Below are positions 40,770 to 53,232 of a stretch of 64,000 bases of DNA, in pieces (within the stretch, counting starts at the first letter, position 1; every line of letters starts with the position of its first letter). Origin of the DNA: Leucoraja ocellata (lineage: Eukaryota); contig JAWMAR010000049.1 of the NCBI GenBank assembly GCA_036785375.1, positions 5,890,001 to 5,954,000 of the forward strand, given 5' to 3'. A model generated the notes under the pieces. The model saw only the letters and a list, made by a program, of their open reading frames with translations. It had not been told where the DNA came from and made no database searches. A program made the translations under genes and the position numbers.

Positions 40770-40944
40770 GCATGGGACAATCACTTGAGGAGAAATAAAT
40801 CAATTGTTGTTGACCTGTTTCATGGACAACTAAAATCGCAAGTTAAATGTAAAACGTGTGGTCACATCAGTGTTCGGTTTGATCCATTTAACTTCTTGTC
40901 CTTGCCTCTGCCAATGGATAGCTATCTACACCTAGAAATAACAG
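40770..40944 (+). CDS. USP32: USP32 exon: [58 protein letters not shown]
   Basis: ttttag / gtttgt, 175 nt; first CxxC (CKTC) of the USP fingers zinc ribbon. Confidence 0.98.
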
Positions 40945-41149
40945 GTTTGTCAGTACATAAAATGGCTAGGAGTGGGGGGGGGGGGGGGGGGGTCATATTG
41001 CTGAGAAAATTGACATTGATATCCAAAGTATCTTTTCAGGTATTTAAGTGTTTTGAATTTTTACCATCTGCATATTTTATGAATTTGGAGGAAAAGCCAA
41101 AATCAGTATTTCCCCAAAATCTACATACATAAATGCACAAATTGTAAAA

Positions 41150-41447
41150 TAGACAATAGTAGGCCATTCGGCCCTTCGAGCCAGCACCGACCGGCATTCA
41201 ATGTGATCATGGCTGATCATCCCCAATCAGTACCCCGTTCCTGCCTTTTCCCCATATCCCCTGACTCTATTTTTAAGAGCCCTATCTAGCTCTCTCTTGA
41301 AAGCATCCAGAGAACCTGCCTCCACTGCCCTCTGAGGCGGAGAATTCCACAGACTCACCACTCTCTGTGAGAATAAGTGTTTCCTTGTCTCTGTTCTAAA
41401 TGGCTTACTCCTTATTCTTAAACTGTGGCCCCTGGTTCTGGACTCCA
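41150..41447 (-). mobile_element. CR1-like LINE 3' end
   Basis: ESRTRGHSLRIRSKPFRTETRKHLFSQRVVSLWNS; homolog at 58036-58455. Confidence 0.88.
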
Positions 41448-43432
41448 CAAATATACCACAATAGAAAATAGTCTTAATTTTCTTAAGTACGTCACCTTAA
41501 TCATAAGACAGCACCCACCACTAGGGCACCTTTGCTGGAGGACACTTTTCATTTGTTCTAGTCTTTCGCCATCCTTGCACAATCAATCCATTTTTATTCA
41601 GAGGGTTTGATGTTGGGATGTTCACTATTGATTACACAATATTCTATGTGCAACTCCTTAGAAAATGAAACCATTTTAGCCAACATTTGAGCAAAGGCTG
41701 ACAATTGGCAAGTGACATTCACACCTCAAATGTACTGGGCAATGAAGGTCAACAACAGAGGCCCCGCCATCTAACTTTGACTTTCAAGATCCTTTGCTGA
41801 TTTTCCACCAAACCTTCGATTGGTCCAGGACATAAAATTGTGTGGCTATAAAGAAGGTGAATTCTGTGGTGAATGACTAATCTCTTAAAATTCCAAAACT
41901 TTTAACCATGTACAAAATCAGGAGCATGGGTGAATACTTTCCACTTGCCTAGAAGAATGAAACTCTAATTATCATCAAATTAGATAAAGCAGTTCATTTG
42001 ATTATCGCAAGCATCACCTAAATGCACATTTTCTTCACTGCTGTGCTCAGTGGCTCCAATCTGTACTGATTATAAAATGTACTATAGTTATTTACCCAGG
42101 CTGCTGCTACAAAAGCTCCTGATATGTGAGGGACAATGGAAACAAAACTACTTGCAGGCTCCCTTCATGTCTTGGAAATCTATATTGATCATTGAGTCTA
42201 AATGATAGAACTTACCACCCTGCCGGATTGTTGGAGAACCTTCCACCAGAAGGTCTGTTGTAATAATATGGTTAACCAATACTTTTTCAAGGGTAGACAC
42301 AAAATGCTGGAGTAACTCAGCAGATCAGCCAGCATCACTGGAAAAAAGAATAGGTGATGTTTTGGTATAACATTTGTTCAGCTAATGTTTACCTTGATCA
42401 AATTCAGACCAATTTCCTTGGATATTTCCTTGGGACAAAACTTCCAGTTTAATTATTCAACTTGCATCTTTTAAAGCTGAGAAATGGGAATGCAAAAGTA
42501 TTGATGTTCTGATGTTGGAAACTGGGGCATTTTAGCAGCCAGAGATAAAGGACATTTTGCTTCTTGCTATCGCTTTTAATAGATGATGCCAAGTGGTTTG
42601 CGGTTAAAAGGAGTGATAAAAGTCTTCCTGTCCATGAAGCTTCAAATATTTTGTTTTGCAATAAAAACAGAAGATGCTAGAGGTACTCACCAGGACAGGC
42701 AGTGCCTGTGGAGGGAGAAACTGTTAATATTTCAGATCTGTAGCATTTCATTATGCTTGGAAAAGCGACAAAATAAGTGCATCTGATAATGTAGAGAGGA
42801 CGGGTGGAGCGTGAAGCAAAAATCATGTCCTTGGTAAGATAGCAATCAAGATTGCCCAAGTAATAGCACTGAAAACAATTATATCTAGATAATAGCTGAA
42901 CTCCATGTAGGAGTACAGACAGAGGAATATGAGTGAGGGCAGTTAGAGAAATGAAAACTTTGCTGGTATTGGGAGATGCAGAACAGAGTAATTGCTGGAA
43001 TAAAGGAAAGCACGCAGCAGGTCTGGCAACATCTTAGATAAGAACTGAATAAATGTTTACCTGGCATTACAACTTTACAGTTAGAAATGCTAAATTATCT
43101 GGAATAGCTGAATTCAGGATTGAATCCCAAGGGCGACAACATACAAAATATCTGATCTGATTGGATAGCATGCAAGAATAATGCCTCTCATTGTACCTCG
43201 GTACAAGCGACAATAACAAACCTAAACATAAACAACAAAGGATAAATGGCTTAAGAACTGGTCTCCATTTGTTTTTAATGCCTGAAGTTAAATGTTTTTT
43301 TTGTGTTTTTTTTTACTTAGTCCTCAGAACTGAGTAACATACTGTTGAAGGAACAGATTTGTGATGCTGCTAACTATTTAATAATGGCAAAGGTTATGCT
43401 GATGTGATGAGAAGAAATTTTCTCTTTTTCAG

Positions 43433-43584
43433 TTATCAAATTAGATGGCTCAACGCCGGTCCGATATGGTTTACGATTGAATGTGGATGAGAAATATACT
43501 GGTTTGAAAAAACAATTAAGTGATTTGTGTGGACAGAAATCGGAGCAGATCTTGCTGGGAGAGGTTCATGGTTCCAATATAAAA
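43433..43584 (+). CDS. USP32: USP32 exon: VIKLDGSTPVRYGLRLNVDEKYTGLKKQLSDLCGQKSEQILLGEVHGSNIK
   Basis: tttcag / gtgagt, 152 nt. Confidence 0.96.
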
Positions 43585-43977
43585 GTGAGTATCCTCTTCG
43601 GCAGAAACAGTCATACAATTGTAAAGCTCCCTAAAGACTGGTATTGTATTTCCTTCACAGAATGTCTGTGCTTCTTGATGAGTTGAAACTAAGATTTAAA
43701 TGCGCTTAACGTAATCCTCTCAAAATTTGCACCTCTAATTGGGATGTCATCCTTCAACTGATTATAGTTGATTGCAAGACAACTTGAGAAATCCAAGGGA
43801 TAAATTCCACTTTCAAAGAAGTGTATTCTGGAGAGTTGTTATAAATTCATCAAAGTAATAATTGAACATGCACAACTTCTGTATTTGCTATTTTAAAAAA
43901 TTACAGTCGTCAAAATGAATAGAAATGTGAATCGAGCAATAACATATCCAATGATTAATTTTATATTTTTATATCAG

Positions 43978-44089
43978 AATTTTCCTCAGGATAACCAGAA
44001 AGTACGGCTGTCACCAAATGGTTACCTTTGTGCTTTTGAAATCCCTGTTCCAGGATCACCAACTTCTGCCACCTCTCCTGTACTGACAG
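43978..44089 (+). CDS. USP32: USP32 exon: NFPQDNQKVRLSPNGYLCAFEIPVPGSPTSATSPVLT
   Basis: tatcag / gtaata, 112 nt. Confidence 0.95.
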
Positions 44090-44289
44090 GTAATAGTCTA
44101 TTGAGTTACATGTCGGTGTAGTTGTGCAAGTGGATGAATTGTAGGTATTAAGCAAATATGGGTTCAGCACATGCTGAAAAATGTTACCACATCCTGCAAC
44201 ATTCAACTTTATGCAGGTTTGAATTAATATAACTATTGTTATTTGACATTAGAGTGTTCTCCTTCCCTCCAACATAAAGCCAGCAGTGG

Positions 44290-44645
44290 TTTAGTTTAGT
44301 TTATTATCATGTGTTCCAAGGTTCAGTGAAAAGCTTTTTGTTGCAATCTAACCAGTCAGCGGAAAGACTCTTCATAATTACAATTGAGACGCCCACCGTT
44401 AGGGGATACATGATAAAGGGAAAAACGTTTAGTGCAAGGTAAAGTCCAATTAAATATATTCCGAGGGTCTTCAATGAGGTAGATGGTAGCTCAGGACCAC
44501 TCTCTAGTTGTTATTAGGATGGTTCAGTTGCCTGATAACAGCTGGGAAGAAACTGAATCTGGAGGTGTGTTTCACACTAATGCACCTCTTGCCTGATGGG
44601 AGAGAGGAGAAGAGGGAGTGACCGGGTTGAGACTCGTCCTTGATT
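44290..44645 (-). mobile_element. Rex1/Babar-like LINE 3' end
   Basis: IIKDESQPGHSLFSSLPSGKR..FFPAVIRQLN; (TTTAG)n tail. Confidence 0.78.
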
Positions 44646-44869
44646 ATGTTCACTACTGATTGTACATTATTAATTTCCATTTGCGGCGACTCCACTTGTA
44701 TTCCGTGCCCATGCGCAGCAAGCGCTAGACATACTGTGTGCAGTCTGAACCATTTCTTTATCTTGAAATGCCTCAAATTGGCTGAAGACTATATATTGGG
44801 ACATCGAGCCTCGGAAGACTGAGATAGATTAAGATAGCTTTCCCCATTTGCGCTTCGAGCTGCAAATAA

Positions 44870-44970
44870 TGAGGATGGAGGGAGGTGGGGATGGAGGATG
44901 AGAGGGAGGGATGAGGGCAAGGAGGTGAAGATGGAGGGAGGGTGCAGATGAGGGGATGGAGGTGAGGGCT
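44870..44970. repeat. Purine-rich low-complexity (GGA/GGAT) tract
   Basis: GAGGATGGAGGGAGGTGGGGATGGAGGATGAGAGGGAGGG... Confidence 0.6.
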
Positions 44971-45404
44971 CATCGTGGTGCCGAGGGCTGCAAATAATCA
45001 CTAGTGCTCATCTTTTGCGTTATCATACTGGGTGCCACCATCATGGATAGAAATGACAGCCTCCTCTGGTGGTTAAACCACGACTGACACTCAGCCATAT
45101 ATATGAGCATTGGTGATTATTCATGACTAAATTTGGCAAGAGTATAGCTTTAATTGATTTAGTCCATTTGAAGTGTGACTGCTGATGCTGGTTTACAACA
45201 TGCTATTAGTTCAGCATGTATATTATTATTTAATGTAGTTTCAGGTTAGCATCTCGCTTTAAGAGTAAAGGTTGGCTTCTGCGTGATCTTTTCCATTCCC
45301 CATTGAACTGAGGTTGGTCTCTGAGTTTATTGGTGAAAGTAGATTAAGAAATATGGTGCTTTGAGAATGGAGATTGGGCGAGAATAAAACTTTCTCAGGA
45401 TGAA

Positions 45405-45560
45405 GAATATGGCCAGTTGAAGATGATTTCAGAACCTGTCCAGAAACTCCATCTGGGCCAGATGATCTCTGAGACTTTACCTTCGTTAAAGCAGATCTGA
45501 CTTCTGCAACTGAAATGTAAGGGACAGAGCCGGGGGGAGATGGGGTGACCTGTGTAGTTG
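45405..45560 (-). mobile_element. LINE RT-region fragment (Rex1-like)
   Basis: ISVAEVRSALTKVKSQRSSGPDGVSGQVLK resembles the K-x-x-GPDG motif upstream of LINE RT. Confidence 0.6.
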
Positions 45561-45672
45561 GAGTTTTGATTGCCCCATAAAACATAAATAACACAAGATA
45601 GTGTCTGTCTACAATATATTTTGAAATCTTTTTGCAACATTTATTAAAGCATTGTTATTTTCTATTTGTAAG

Positions 45673-45884
45673 ATTCCTCCCAGGTGCCAATAGGTAATGG
45701 AATGCATAACCAGTCTTCGAATGCAAATCCAATGAAGCCAAACCTGATTCCGAATGGAATTCCCTGTACAGAGGTGCCAGCTGACAATGAGAAGAGCACC
45801 CCCAACGGCCTCCCCAATGGACACCTTCCAGGGTTTAATGACAGTCCATTCATAGGATACATTATTGCAGTTCACAGAAAAATG
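45673..45884 (+). CDS. USP32: USP32 exon: DSSQVPIGNGMHNQ...FNDSPFIGYIIAVHRKM
   Basis: tgtaag acceptor (the nearby AG that keeps frame) / gtaatg, 212 nt. Confidence 0.88.
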
Positions 45885-46177
45885 GTAATGTATTGGTTCA
45901 AAATGGCTATTAAAAATTTTAATTACCTTTATTATAATTTCTAAATCTAATCTACTTTTCGTATGCGTCAAAGAAATTATGACTGTTAAATGTAAAAATA
46001 TGGAGTTCTATTCAACACAGCTTTTGATTTTGCTGAAGTAATGGAGAGTATTTAAAGAATGAGAATGGAAAATGTGAATTGGACATGGGGTTATATCATT
46101 GTCAAAATATGATTGTGAAAACCTAGGAATTGTTTGGTGCAGTTCATCCCTCTAGGATGTTAATAATACTCTTTCAG

Positions 46178-46273
46178 AGTCTGACGAACTGTCTCGACCT
46201 GAAACGTCACCTATTCCTTTTCTCCAGAGTTGCTACCTGACCCACTGAGTTAATCCAGCATTTTGTATCTATT
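46178..46273 (+). mobile_element. Penelope-like arm with hammerhead-type core, sense to USP32
   Basis: CTGACGAACTGTCTCGACCTGAAACGTC (46181-46208) followed by the family body ACCTATTCC..CTCCAGAG..CTGAGTT. Confidence 0.7.
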
Positions 46274-46363
46274 CCTTTTATTATCTGTGTAGCCTAGAAT
46301 CTTTTTGATCTTTGTTTCATGAGTATTGTGGCTTGTAATACACATTCTTTATCTTTTGCACAG

Positions 46364-46548
46364 ATGCGGACAGAATTGTATTTTCTGTCCTCTCAGAAAA
46401 ATCGCCCCAGTTTATTCGGTATGCCACTTATCGTGCCCTGCACCATACATACTCGCAAGAAGGACCTCTATGATGCTGTATGGATACAGGTTTCACGACT
46501 TGCCAGTCCTTTGCCACCTCAAGAAGCCAGCAACCATGCTCAAGACTG
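46364..46548 (+). CDS. USP32: USP32 exon: MRTELYFLSSQKNRPSLFGMPLIVPCTIHTRKKDLYDAVWIQVSRLASPLPPQEASNHAQD
   Basis: gcacag / gtcagt, 185 nt. Confidence 0.97.
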
Positions 46549-47942
46549 GTCAGTGCAGATAGTAATTAATATTTATTCCGCAGTGTGTGTAAAATATGAT
46601 ACAAGTTCTAATATAGTTTACCACAGAGTATGTAAATGCTATTTACAGAGTAAGAGCATTTCTAATAAGATTGGATTTTATTCTATAACGTTGTGATGGA
46701 ATGATTGTGGAGGTTTGGCAGGCTTGACTTCCATGGTGGAGTAAGCATCAATTCTGAATTATGCATAATTAGTGCTGTGCAAATATTATTCATGTGCAAT
46801 TTTCCTTGCTGGTATGTGTTCCATTAAGTACTGTTAATATGTTGTATAGAACTGTTGCATTGTCATTAAATGCCTGTTACTGCAAAACAAATTATAATAC
46901 AAATGATTGGCACAAAAATATATTGGATTAAAAAAAAATCCATTTTAGAAAGCTGCAGGATTTTTGATTTAGCCTTTGCTAGATTTTGGGACTAGATTTT
47001 GCATTTAGCAGAAAACAGTCCTGTTATTATTGATCTCCACCAAAGCAGTCACAAACAGTCATAGTCGTACAACTTTGGCCCAACTCATCCATTGAATCTC
47101 TGCTAATTACATTGTGATTTATATTAATTTTTAAATTGACATCCACCAGGACAAAATTAGGCAAGTTTGCTGTAGCCAACAAGAAGCAATGGAAAGTCTA
47201 TACAATCAGCCTCATAATTGTCAAAGTTATCAACTTTTGTCGGCATGACCAACTTGGGCTGAAAGGCCTGTTTCTGTGCTGAATGACTCTATGACGCTTC
47301 CTTGGAAATCAGAAGAGTGTGATACAAGCCCAACTTCAAAAACATGGACATATAATCGGGACTGAAGTAACTGCTACAATTATAAAGTTTCCTATTGTTC
47401 TGGCCCACATAAGCTTTTTACTGTACCTCGGTACACTTGACAACAAACTAAACTAAACATGAATACCTCATTCAAAGTCGGCAGGGAAAAAAAACCTTTC
47501 CTGGACAATTTGATAACCAGGATGTGTAAATTGATAGCCATATCTGCCTAGATTAATGACAAAATCTTGATCCAGTTCATTCCCACACTGACTGCAAGCA
47601 GTTAGCCACATTGTCAAAATAGGCTCAGCTTGTTGTAATTGAAGCACTTGGAGTTAAGGATGTGCATGTACATCAACAAATGTCAGTTTGTTTAATCTTA
47701 TTTAATGTCCTTACAGGTTCAATTTGTGTAAACTATTCTCTCGGTTATTTCTAACACACGATCAGTTCCATTTTATGTTTGGTCACAGATATTTAGTTAC
47801 TCTTTTAAAAAAAAAAATGTTCTTTCCTGGCGCATCTTTAGGAATTCTTGTTTGTTGATTTTTTAATTTATGCTGTAAACTTTTTAATCCATTTGATGTA
47901 TGTCCTTTAGTAAGGTTAATATCTTGTATATCTATATTCTAG

Positions 47943-48029
47943 TGATGACAGTATGGGTTATCAATATCCATTCACTCTTCGAGTTGTTCATAAGGATGGA
48001 AATTCCTGTTCATGGTGTTCATGGTACAG
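47943..48029 (+). CDS. USP32: USP32 exon: CDDSMGYQYPFTLRVVHKDGNSCSWCSWY
   Basis: ttctag / gtaagg, 87 nt, phase 2-2. Confidence 0.96.
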
Positions 48030-48538
48030 GTAAGGACAAGACTTAGCTAGTTCTCTTTTGTCAGTTGCAATGAAGACCTTGCAAGATTAGCAAGTGTTTT
48101 ATGATGATTAAAAACACAATTGTTTTTTGCACGTTCACAAAAAAAGAATATAGACTGCAGCCCCAGCCTGTATGACATCTGCTCATCGGATAAATTGGCA
48201 TTTTTATGTAGTCATTGTCCCATCAGTAGGACCCCTGATATCTGCGGAAGGAATTTGACGAATTGAAGTCACTAAATCTCTTTGGAGCAAGATTGGTGAA
48301 TTGCTTACAACCAACAGTCTACTATTATGTGCAAGAGATAATAAAATATAAAAAATAAGAACAAAATCATGCAATTTGTAAAAAAAGGTCTTTTGCTGGT
48401 TAAAATAAAGAAAACTGAAAATATTTAATAATCCATAGACATTCTTGCTGTTAATTTACATGAATCTTTTATTGAAGTGGCACCAGTATCATATTTCCTC
48501 ATTTGTACAATGCTTGTACTCTTTTTGTCCCGCTGTAG

Positions 48539-48659
48539 ATTTTGCCGAGGGTGCAAGATTGAATGTAACGATCAAAGAGCGAGTGTTGGGAATGCTTACA
48601 TAGCCATTGACTGGGATCCAACCGCTTTACACCTCCGATATCAGACTTCACAAGAGAGG
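48539..48659 (+). CDS. USP32: USP32 exon: RFCRGCKIECNDQRASVGNAYIAIDWDPTALHLRYQTSQER (GC donor)
   Basis: ctgtag / AGG|gcaagt non-canonical GC donor, 121 nt. Confidence 0.93.
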
Positions 48660-48861
48660 GCAAGTATTTTTCTCAAGCTGCAGCAATTTTACGTGGTGGT
48701 AGATGTTATTTCATTTTTTTTTTTTTTTGGGTATTTCTATTTGTCTAAATTAACAACAACACACAGAAAATGCATGCGCTAACACAACATTCACGTGGGC
48801 AGCCACGTTGCCCAAAGTTGCTGCATGGAGACCAGGATTAATTATGCATTTTAATTGTCAG

Positions 48862-49053
48862 ATATGTGAGGAGCATGAAAGTGTTGAGCAAAGTCGTCGA
48901 GCACAAGCAGAGCCTATTAATTTGGGCAGCTGCCTCCGGGGTTTCACGAGCGAGGAGGAATTGGGCGAGGACGAGCTGTATTATTGTTCCAAATGCAAGA
49001 CTCATCGCCTGGCAACAAAGAAACTTGATCTCTGGAGGCTTCCACCAATCTTG
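48862..49053 (+). CDS. USP32: USP32 exon: ICEEHESVEQSRRAQAEPINLGSCLRGFTSEEELGEDELYYCSKCKTHRLATKKLDLWRLPPIL
   Basis: tgtcag / gtactg, 192 nt; second CxxC (CSKC) of the zinc ribbon. Confidence 0.96.
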
Positions 49054-49409
49054 GTACTGAGAATAAACAAACGATCTTGCTTTTGTTGAGCTCTGGCAGA
49101 CTTAAATAACATTTACTCTATATATAAAAACTGAAAGTAATTTTGTTCATAGCCTTTGATTTCTATAATGTAATTTTATTTTAAATTATCGTTTGGTAAA
49201 TGGTGCGTGCAAAACGATGTTCATAGAACCAGAAAAGGCACTGATTATTATTATTATGATTATTACTCGGGCTTCAAAGTAAATGTAAATTGATAATTTA
49301 GTGTATTCAATTTGAGCAATAAGAAATTTAAGTTCCCAGGTCTAAAATAATTCACAAATTAAAAATAAACATAAACTAACTGGGTTCTATGCATTTTATT
49401 TATTGACAG

Positions 49410-49656
49410 ATAATTCACTTGAAAAGATTCCAGTTTGTTAATGGCCGCTGGATTAAATCGCAAAAGATTGTTAAATTCCCCCGGGAAGGTTTTGACCCTG
49501 GTGCCTTTTTGGTACCCCTTGATTCAAAGCAGACTGAGCAACAGGCAGCACAAGTGGGACTGAAGAAATCGGATTTGAGGAATACCCAAGAATTGGATAC
49601 TGGTGACTGTCTTGGAGTACAATCTGGTGTAAACGTAGGCAATTTAAATTTGAAAG
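49410..49656 (+). CDS. USP32: USP32 exon: IIHLKRFQFVNGRWIKSQKIVKFPREGFDPGAFLVP...NLNLK
   Basis: tgacag / AAG|gtactt, 247 nt; USP box HLKRF. Confidence 0.92.
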
Positions 49657-49809
49657 GTACTTGACATTTGTCATTTTTATCATATGGTTTGGTTTTATGT
49701 TATGATCATGTTTGTTATTTGAATTTCAGTTTAATCTTCAGAATAATTGGATATCTCTAATTTAAAAAAAGTCTATCAAAGTTTTTGTTAATTGGAATAT
49801 AGCGTGCAG

Positions 49810-50262
49810 TATGTTTGCTCCGATACAGGAAGGAGATGAATGCTTTGGAACGGGTGCGGAGAAGGTTTAGCAGAGTGAGGCCTGGATTAGAGGGTATTAG
49901 CTACAAGGAGACGTTGGACAGACTTGGATTGTTTTCTATGAGAGACATCTATAGGGTAGACTGTTAGAACCCTTTTCCCAAGAATGGATATAGCAAAAAT
50001 TAGATGGCATTGTTTTAGCGTCAGTGGGGCAATGTTTAAAGATGTGCGAGGAAAGCTTTTTACCCAGAGTGGTGGGTGCATAGAGCACGCTGCCAATGGT
50101 AGTGGTGGAGGCAGATACGATGGTGACATTTGAAGCTTTTAGATAGAAACATGGTTATGCAGGAGAGATTATGGATTATATGCAGGCATGTAAGAGTGGG
50201 TCTTGATTCATGTTCGGCACAGACATTATTGGCAGAAAAGCCTGTACTTGCGCTGTTCTGTT
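49810..50262 (+). mobile_element. Degenerate CR1-like LINE 3' fragment
   Basis: TTTGGAACGGGTGCGGAGAAGGTTTA...TTTTTACCCAGAGTGGTGGGTGC..AAAGCCTGTACTTGCGCTGT. Confidence 0.75.
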
Positions 50263-50429
50263 CCAAGTTCCAGATGTAAATAAAGTAGAGACTGTAGAAA
50301 TCAATTGTCACATCATTCATTTAGCCTTGCAGGTTGTTTTTATTTTCGCAATCAAAGATTTTAATGAACCAGAGAGACTTGCTGGTGGTGGGGTAAATGC
50401 TTATTTTCAGTTTTTGTCTTCAACTTCAG

Positions 50430-50899
50430 CATCTCCACCTTCAGGAAGAAAAAATCAGAATAATTCGTCAAGCAAAAACAACAGCCCTACAAACAGCCCG
50501 AAACAAGGAAAAAGCAGAGGTCGGCTACGCTTACCCCAGCTTGGGAAGAACAAACTTTCAAACAGTAAAGAAAACCTGGATGGCAGCAAAGAGAATAACT
50601 GTAATGTGGATCAGATATTAGAGATAAAGAATGTCAGAAATGCCCACTTGGACCAAGTCGTAGATGACACTGATACGGCAAACTGCTCTGGGGGGGACAA
50701 CGAGGGGGTAAGGCCGGAGGTTGTTGCAAACACGGAATTGATTGTAGTCAATGGAGTGTGTCACAACAAACAGCAGAATGGATTTGGAAGTTGTATTATT
50801 AACGGAGAGTGTGAAAGCAACACAATTGAAGATGTATCTGCAGATGACCAAAGAGATTCAGTCCGTTTGAAGCCTCTATATAACTTATATGCAATCTCG
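50430..50899 (+). CDS. USP32: USP32 exon, divergent insert: ASPPSGRKNQ...RGRLRLPQLGKNKLSNSKENLD...DDQRDSVRLKPLYNLYAIS
   Basis: cttcag acceptor in phase 1 / gtaaga, 470 nt. Confidence 0.9.
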
Positions 50900-52546
50900 G
50901 TAAGATCAGCCATTTGATGTCAATTGCATGGAGTAAACAAAGTTGTTTTCGAATATTAAAATGTATAGTGCATAAACTGAGATTTGAAATTAGTTAACGT
51001 TATTTCTTTTTATTTAAATTTTATTTTTCATCGACTCCATTCCCGTGTTCAGCAAGGTGAATTTGCCCAATTTGGAAATTGAAGTTAACCTATCAAATTC
51101 TTGAATACAAGAACAACATTTGAAGTTATCCACAAGTAGATTTGTCACAGGACTGTCTGAAGGAAGCTCCAATATAAAAGTTGTTCAGGGTTGAAATATA
51201 AACTCCACTAACCTGGAGTTTACTGACCAGCATTCAGTCTTTCCTGTCTGACTGCACGGTAAAATGGAAGTTTCTGCATAACTGTAATTGATATTTCTAA
51301 TGTCCGGAGCATCTTTCCCCCTCCCCCACATTATCCAGTATCCAGTTCAAGAGGTTATCACATTTAGAAAACATAACTAAGAACTGTCCAAAAAGACAAA
51401 ATCATATAATCAGTGAATAGGAAAAGAATGTGATCATGATTTAAAAACTTTTTTAAAGGAATGTATTGAATGTTAAAGTGAAACTTCTGGATGGCTACAA
51501 GGCAGAGCAGTAGGGTCAAGCAGATCATGTTAGCATCCCTAACTGGTATTGGCTTCTGGGCACTGGAGAAAGCAATTCTTCCTCAAGGGAATACCATCAG
51601 AGTTGACGAAGACTGAATCAGAGTTGACCGAGACTGGATATTGCCCTTTTATTAGCTGAAGCAGAGACAACAAGCAAGAAATTAATGGTGGAACTATATT
51701 AAACATCATATATGCTAAAGCTAGAGTAGTGTGCAGTTCTAATCACCACACTAAGTTGTAATCCCACTGAGGGAACAATGGCCTAATTGTGCTTTATGGT
51801 CACGTACACAGACGTATAATGAAAAAATGTTTGCATACAGTTCATGACAATCCTGCTATACATTAGACACAATCATATTAAGTATAAGAGTGTAAACTAA
51901 TAGACCACACTGAGTCTGTACAGAAGAGCTGGCACTTGTAGGCGCCATCTTGTACCATTGAAGTCTGAAATTCTTAAATGTTTGACACTTTCAAGGGTAT
52001 TGCTAGACGTGGAGAATTTGAATTTTGACAAGAGACTCCCTAAGTTGGGTTATTTTCTATGTTACAAAGGAAAAATCAAGATTTCATGACATAGTAAAAA
52101 GGATATTTTCCTTTCAGAGGTTTCTAATTGGAGAGAATATATTTTTAAGTTAACATGGAGATAAATTTAAGAGTAGAATTATTTTACTGAATAAGTGCCA
52201 TCTTCTGTAATGTTAATTTTCAATGAATTTCATCTTTATGATCTCAGTCCTGCAGTGTGTTTCTTACATGGTAGGAAAGTACAAATGTTACCACGGGGAT
52301 GTTCCTCCTTTGCACAAAATGTTAAAAGCCTGAGTAGAGATAAGGTCTCTTAAAAATAAAAATGTTATTCAGTTGCCATTAGTTTCTTTGTTAACTCCAC
52401 TTTCTGAATATTCCAAGTGGTATTTCTTGTGAGATAAGTATTTGTGACATTTGCAATGAATTAACGGTAGCACATAATAAATTGAAAGTAATTAAGATTC
52501 TGTTGGCCACAAAATTAAAACTGTTTTACTGTTTTCACTTTATCAG

Positions 52547-52639
52547 TGCCATTCGGGAATCTTGGGAGGAGGCCATTATGTCACATATGCCAAAAACCCC
52601 AATGGAAAGTGGTACTGTTACAATGACAGTAGCTGTAAG
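52547..52639 (+). CDS. USP32: USP32 exon, His box: CHSGILGGGHYVTYAKNPNGKWYCYNDSSCK
   Basis: tatcag / gtaagt, 93 nt; catalytic His codon at 52574-52576 and WYCYND motif. Confidence 0.98.
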
Positions 52640-53232
52640 GTAAGTTTATGAAGCAGAATCGTGTCAGTACATCTTAATTAAATGCGGAGACTTGAGTGAA
52701 CATTGTATACTTTTAAGTATCTTAGCTCACTCACCTCAGCTATCTCAAGAGATGACACTAGACCCTAATTTTCTCAGCATGGCCAATGAGTAAAATCTAA
52801 ATGTATCTCTTAGTGATTGATTGTGAGGTTCGGGGTGGTTCAGGAATGTGAGGCTTTGCAATGCCGCAATTAAGCTCAAGGTAAAAGCCATGGAGGTGGG
52901 TGGACTTCAGAGGAATGACATTCGGGAGTGGGTTGGAAACAGCCAATGTCTTTATTAGAATACATTCCCTTTGGCCAAATATACATGGATAACAATTTTA
53001 TTTTCTAAACACTAAGCTGAACCTACGGTGAAAGTTGAGGTAGTTTTACTGACTGTCCTCTAATTTTCACCTTCACTTCCAGGGACCATAATCTTTGATA
53101 ATTAATTGGATAATAAGACCCTTTATATTTTGTTAGAAGGGAAGATCACCCTGCCTTATTTTTCAGAAATGTCTCTTGCTTTGATTCCTGTGCCTGCCAT
53201 TAAAGGGACCCAATTGTCTCTCTCTCTTGCAG

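Noticed and set aside
43585-43600. U12-type-like GTATCCT just after a donor
   Set aside because: It lies 4 nt into the intron, would break frame, and the U2 donor GTGAGT is already strong.
50210-50429. 5' part of the 235-aa ORF
   Set aside because: It starts in a CR1 tail and intron; USP32 similarity and the in-phase acceptor begin at 50430.
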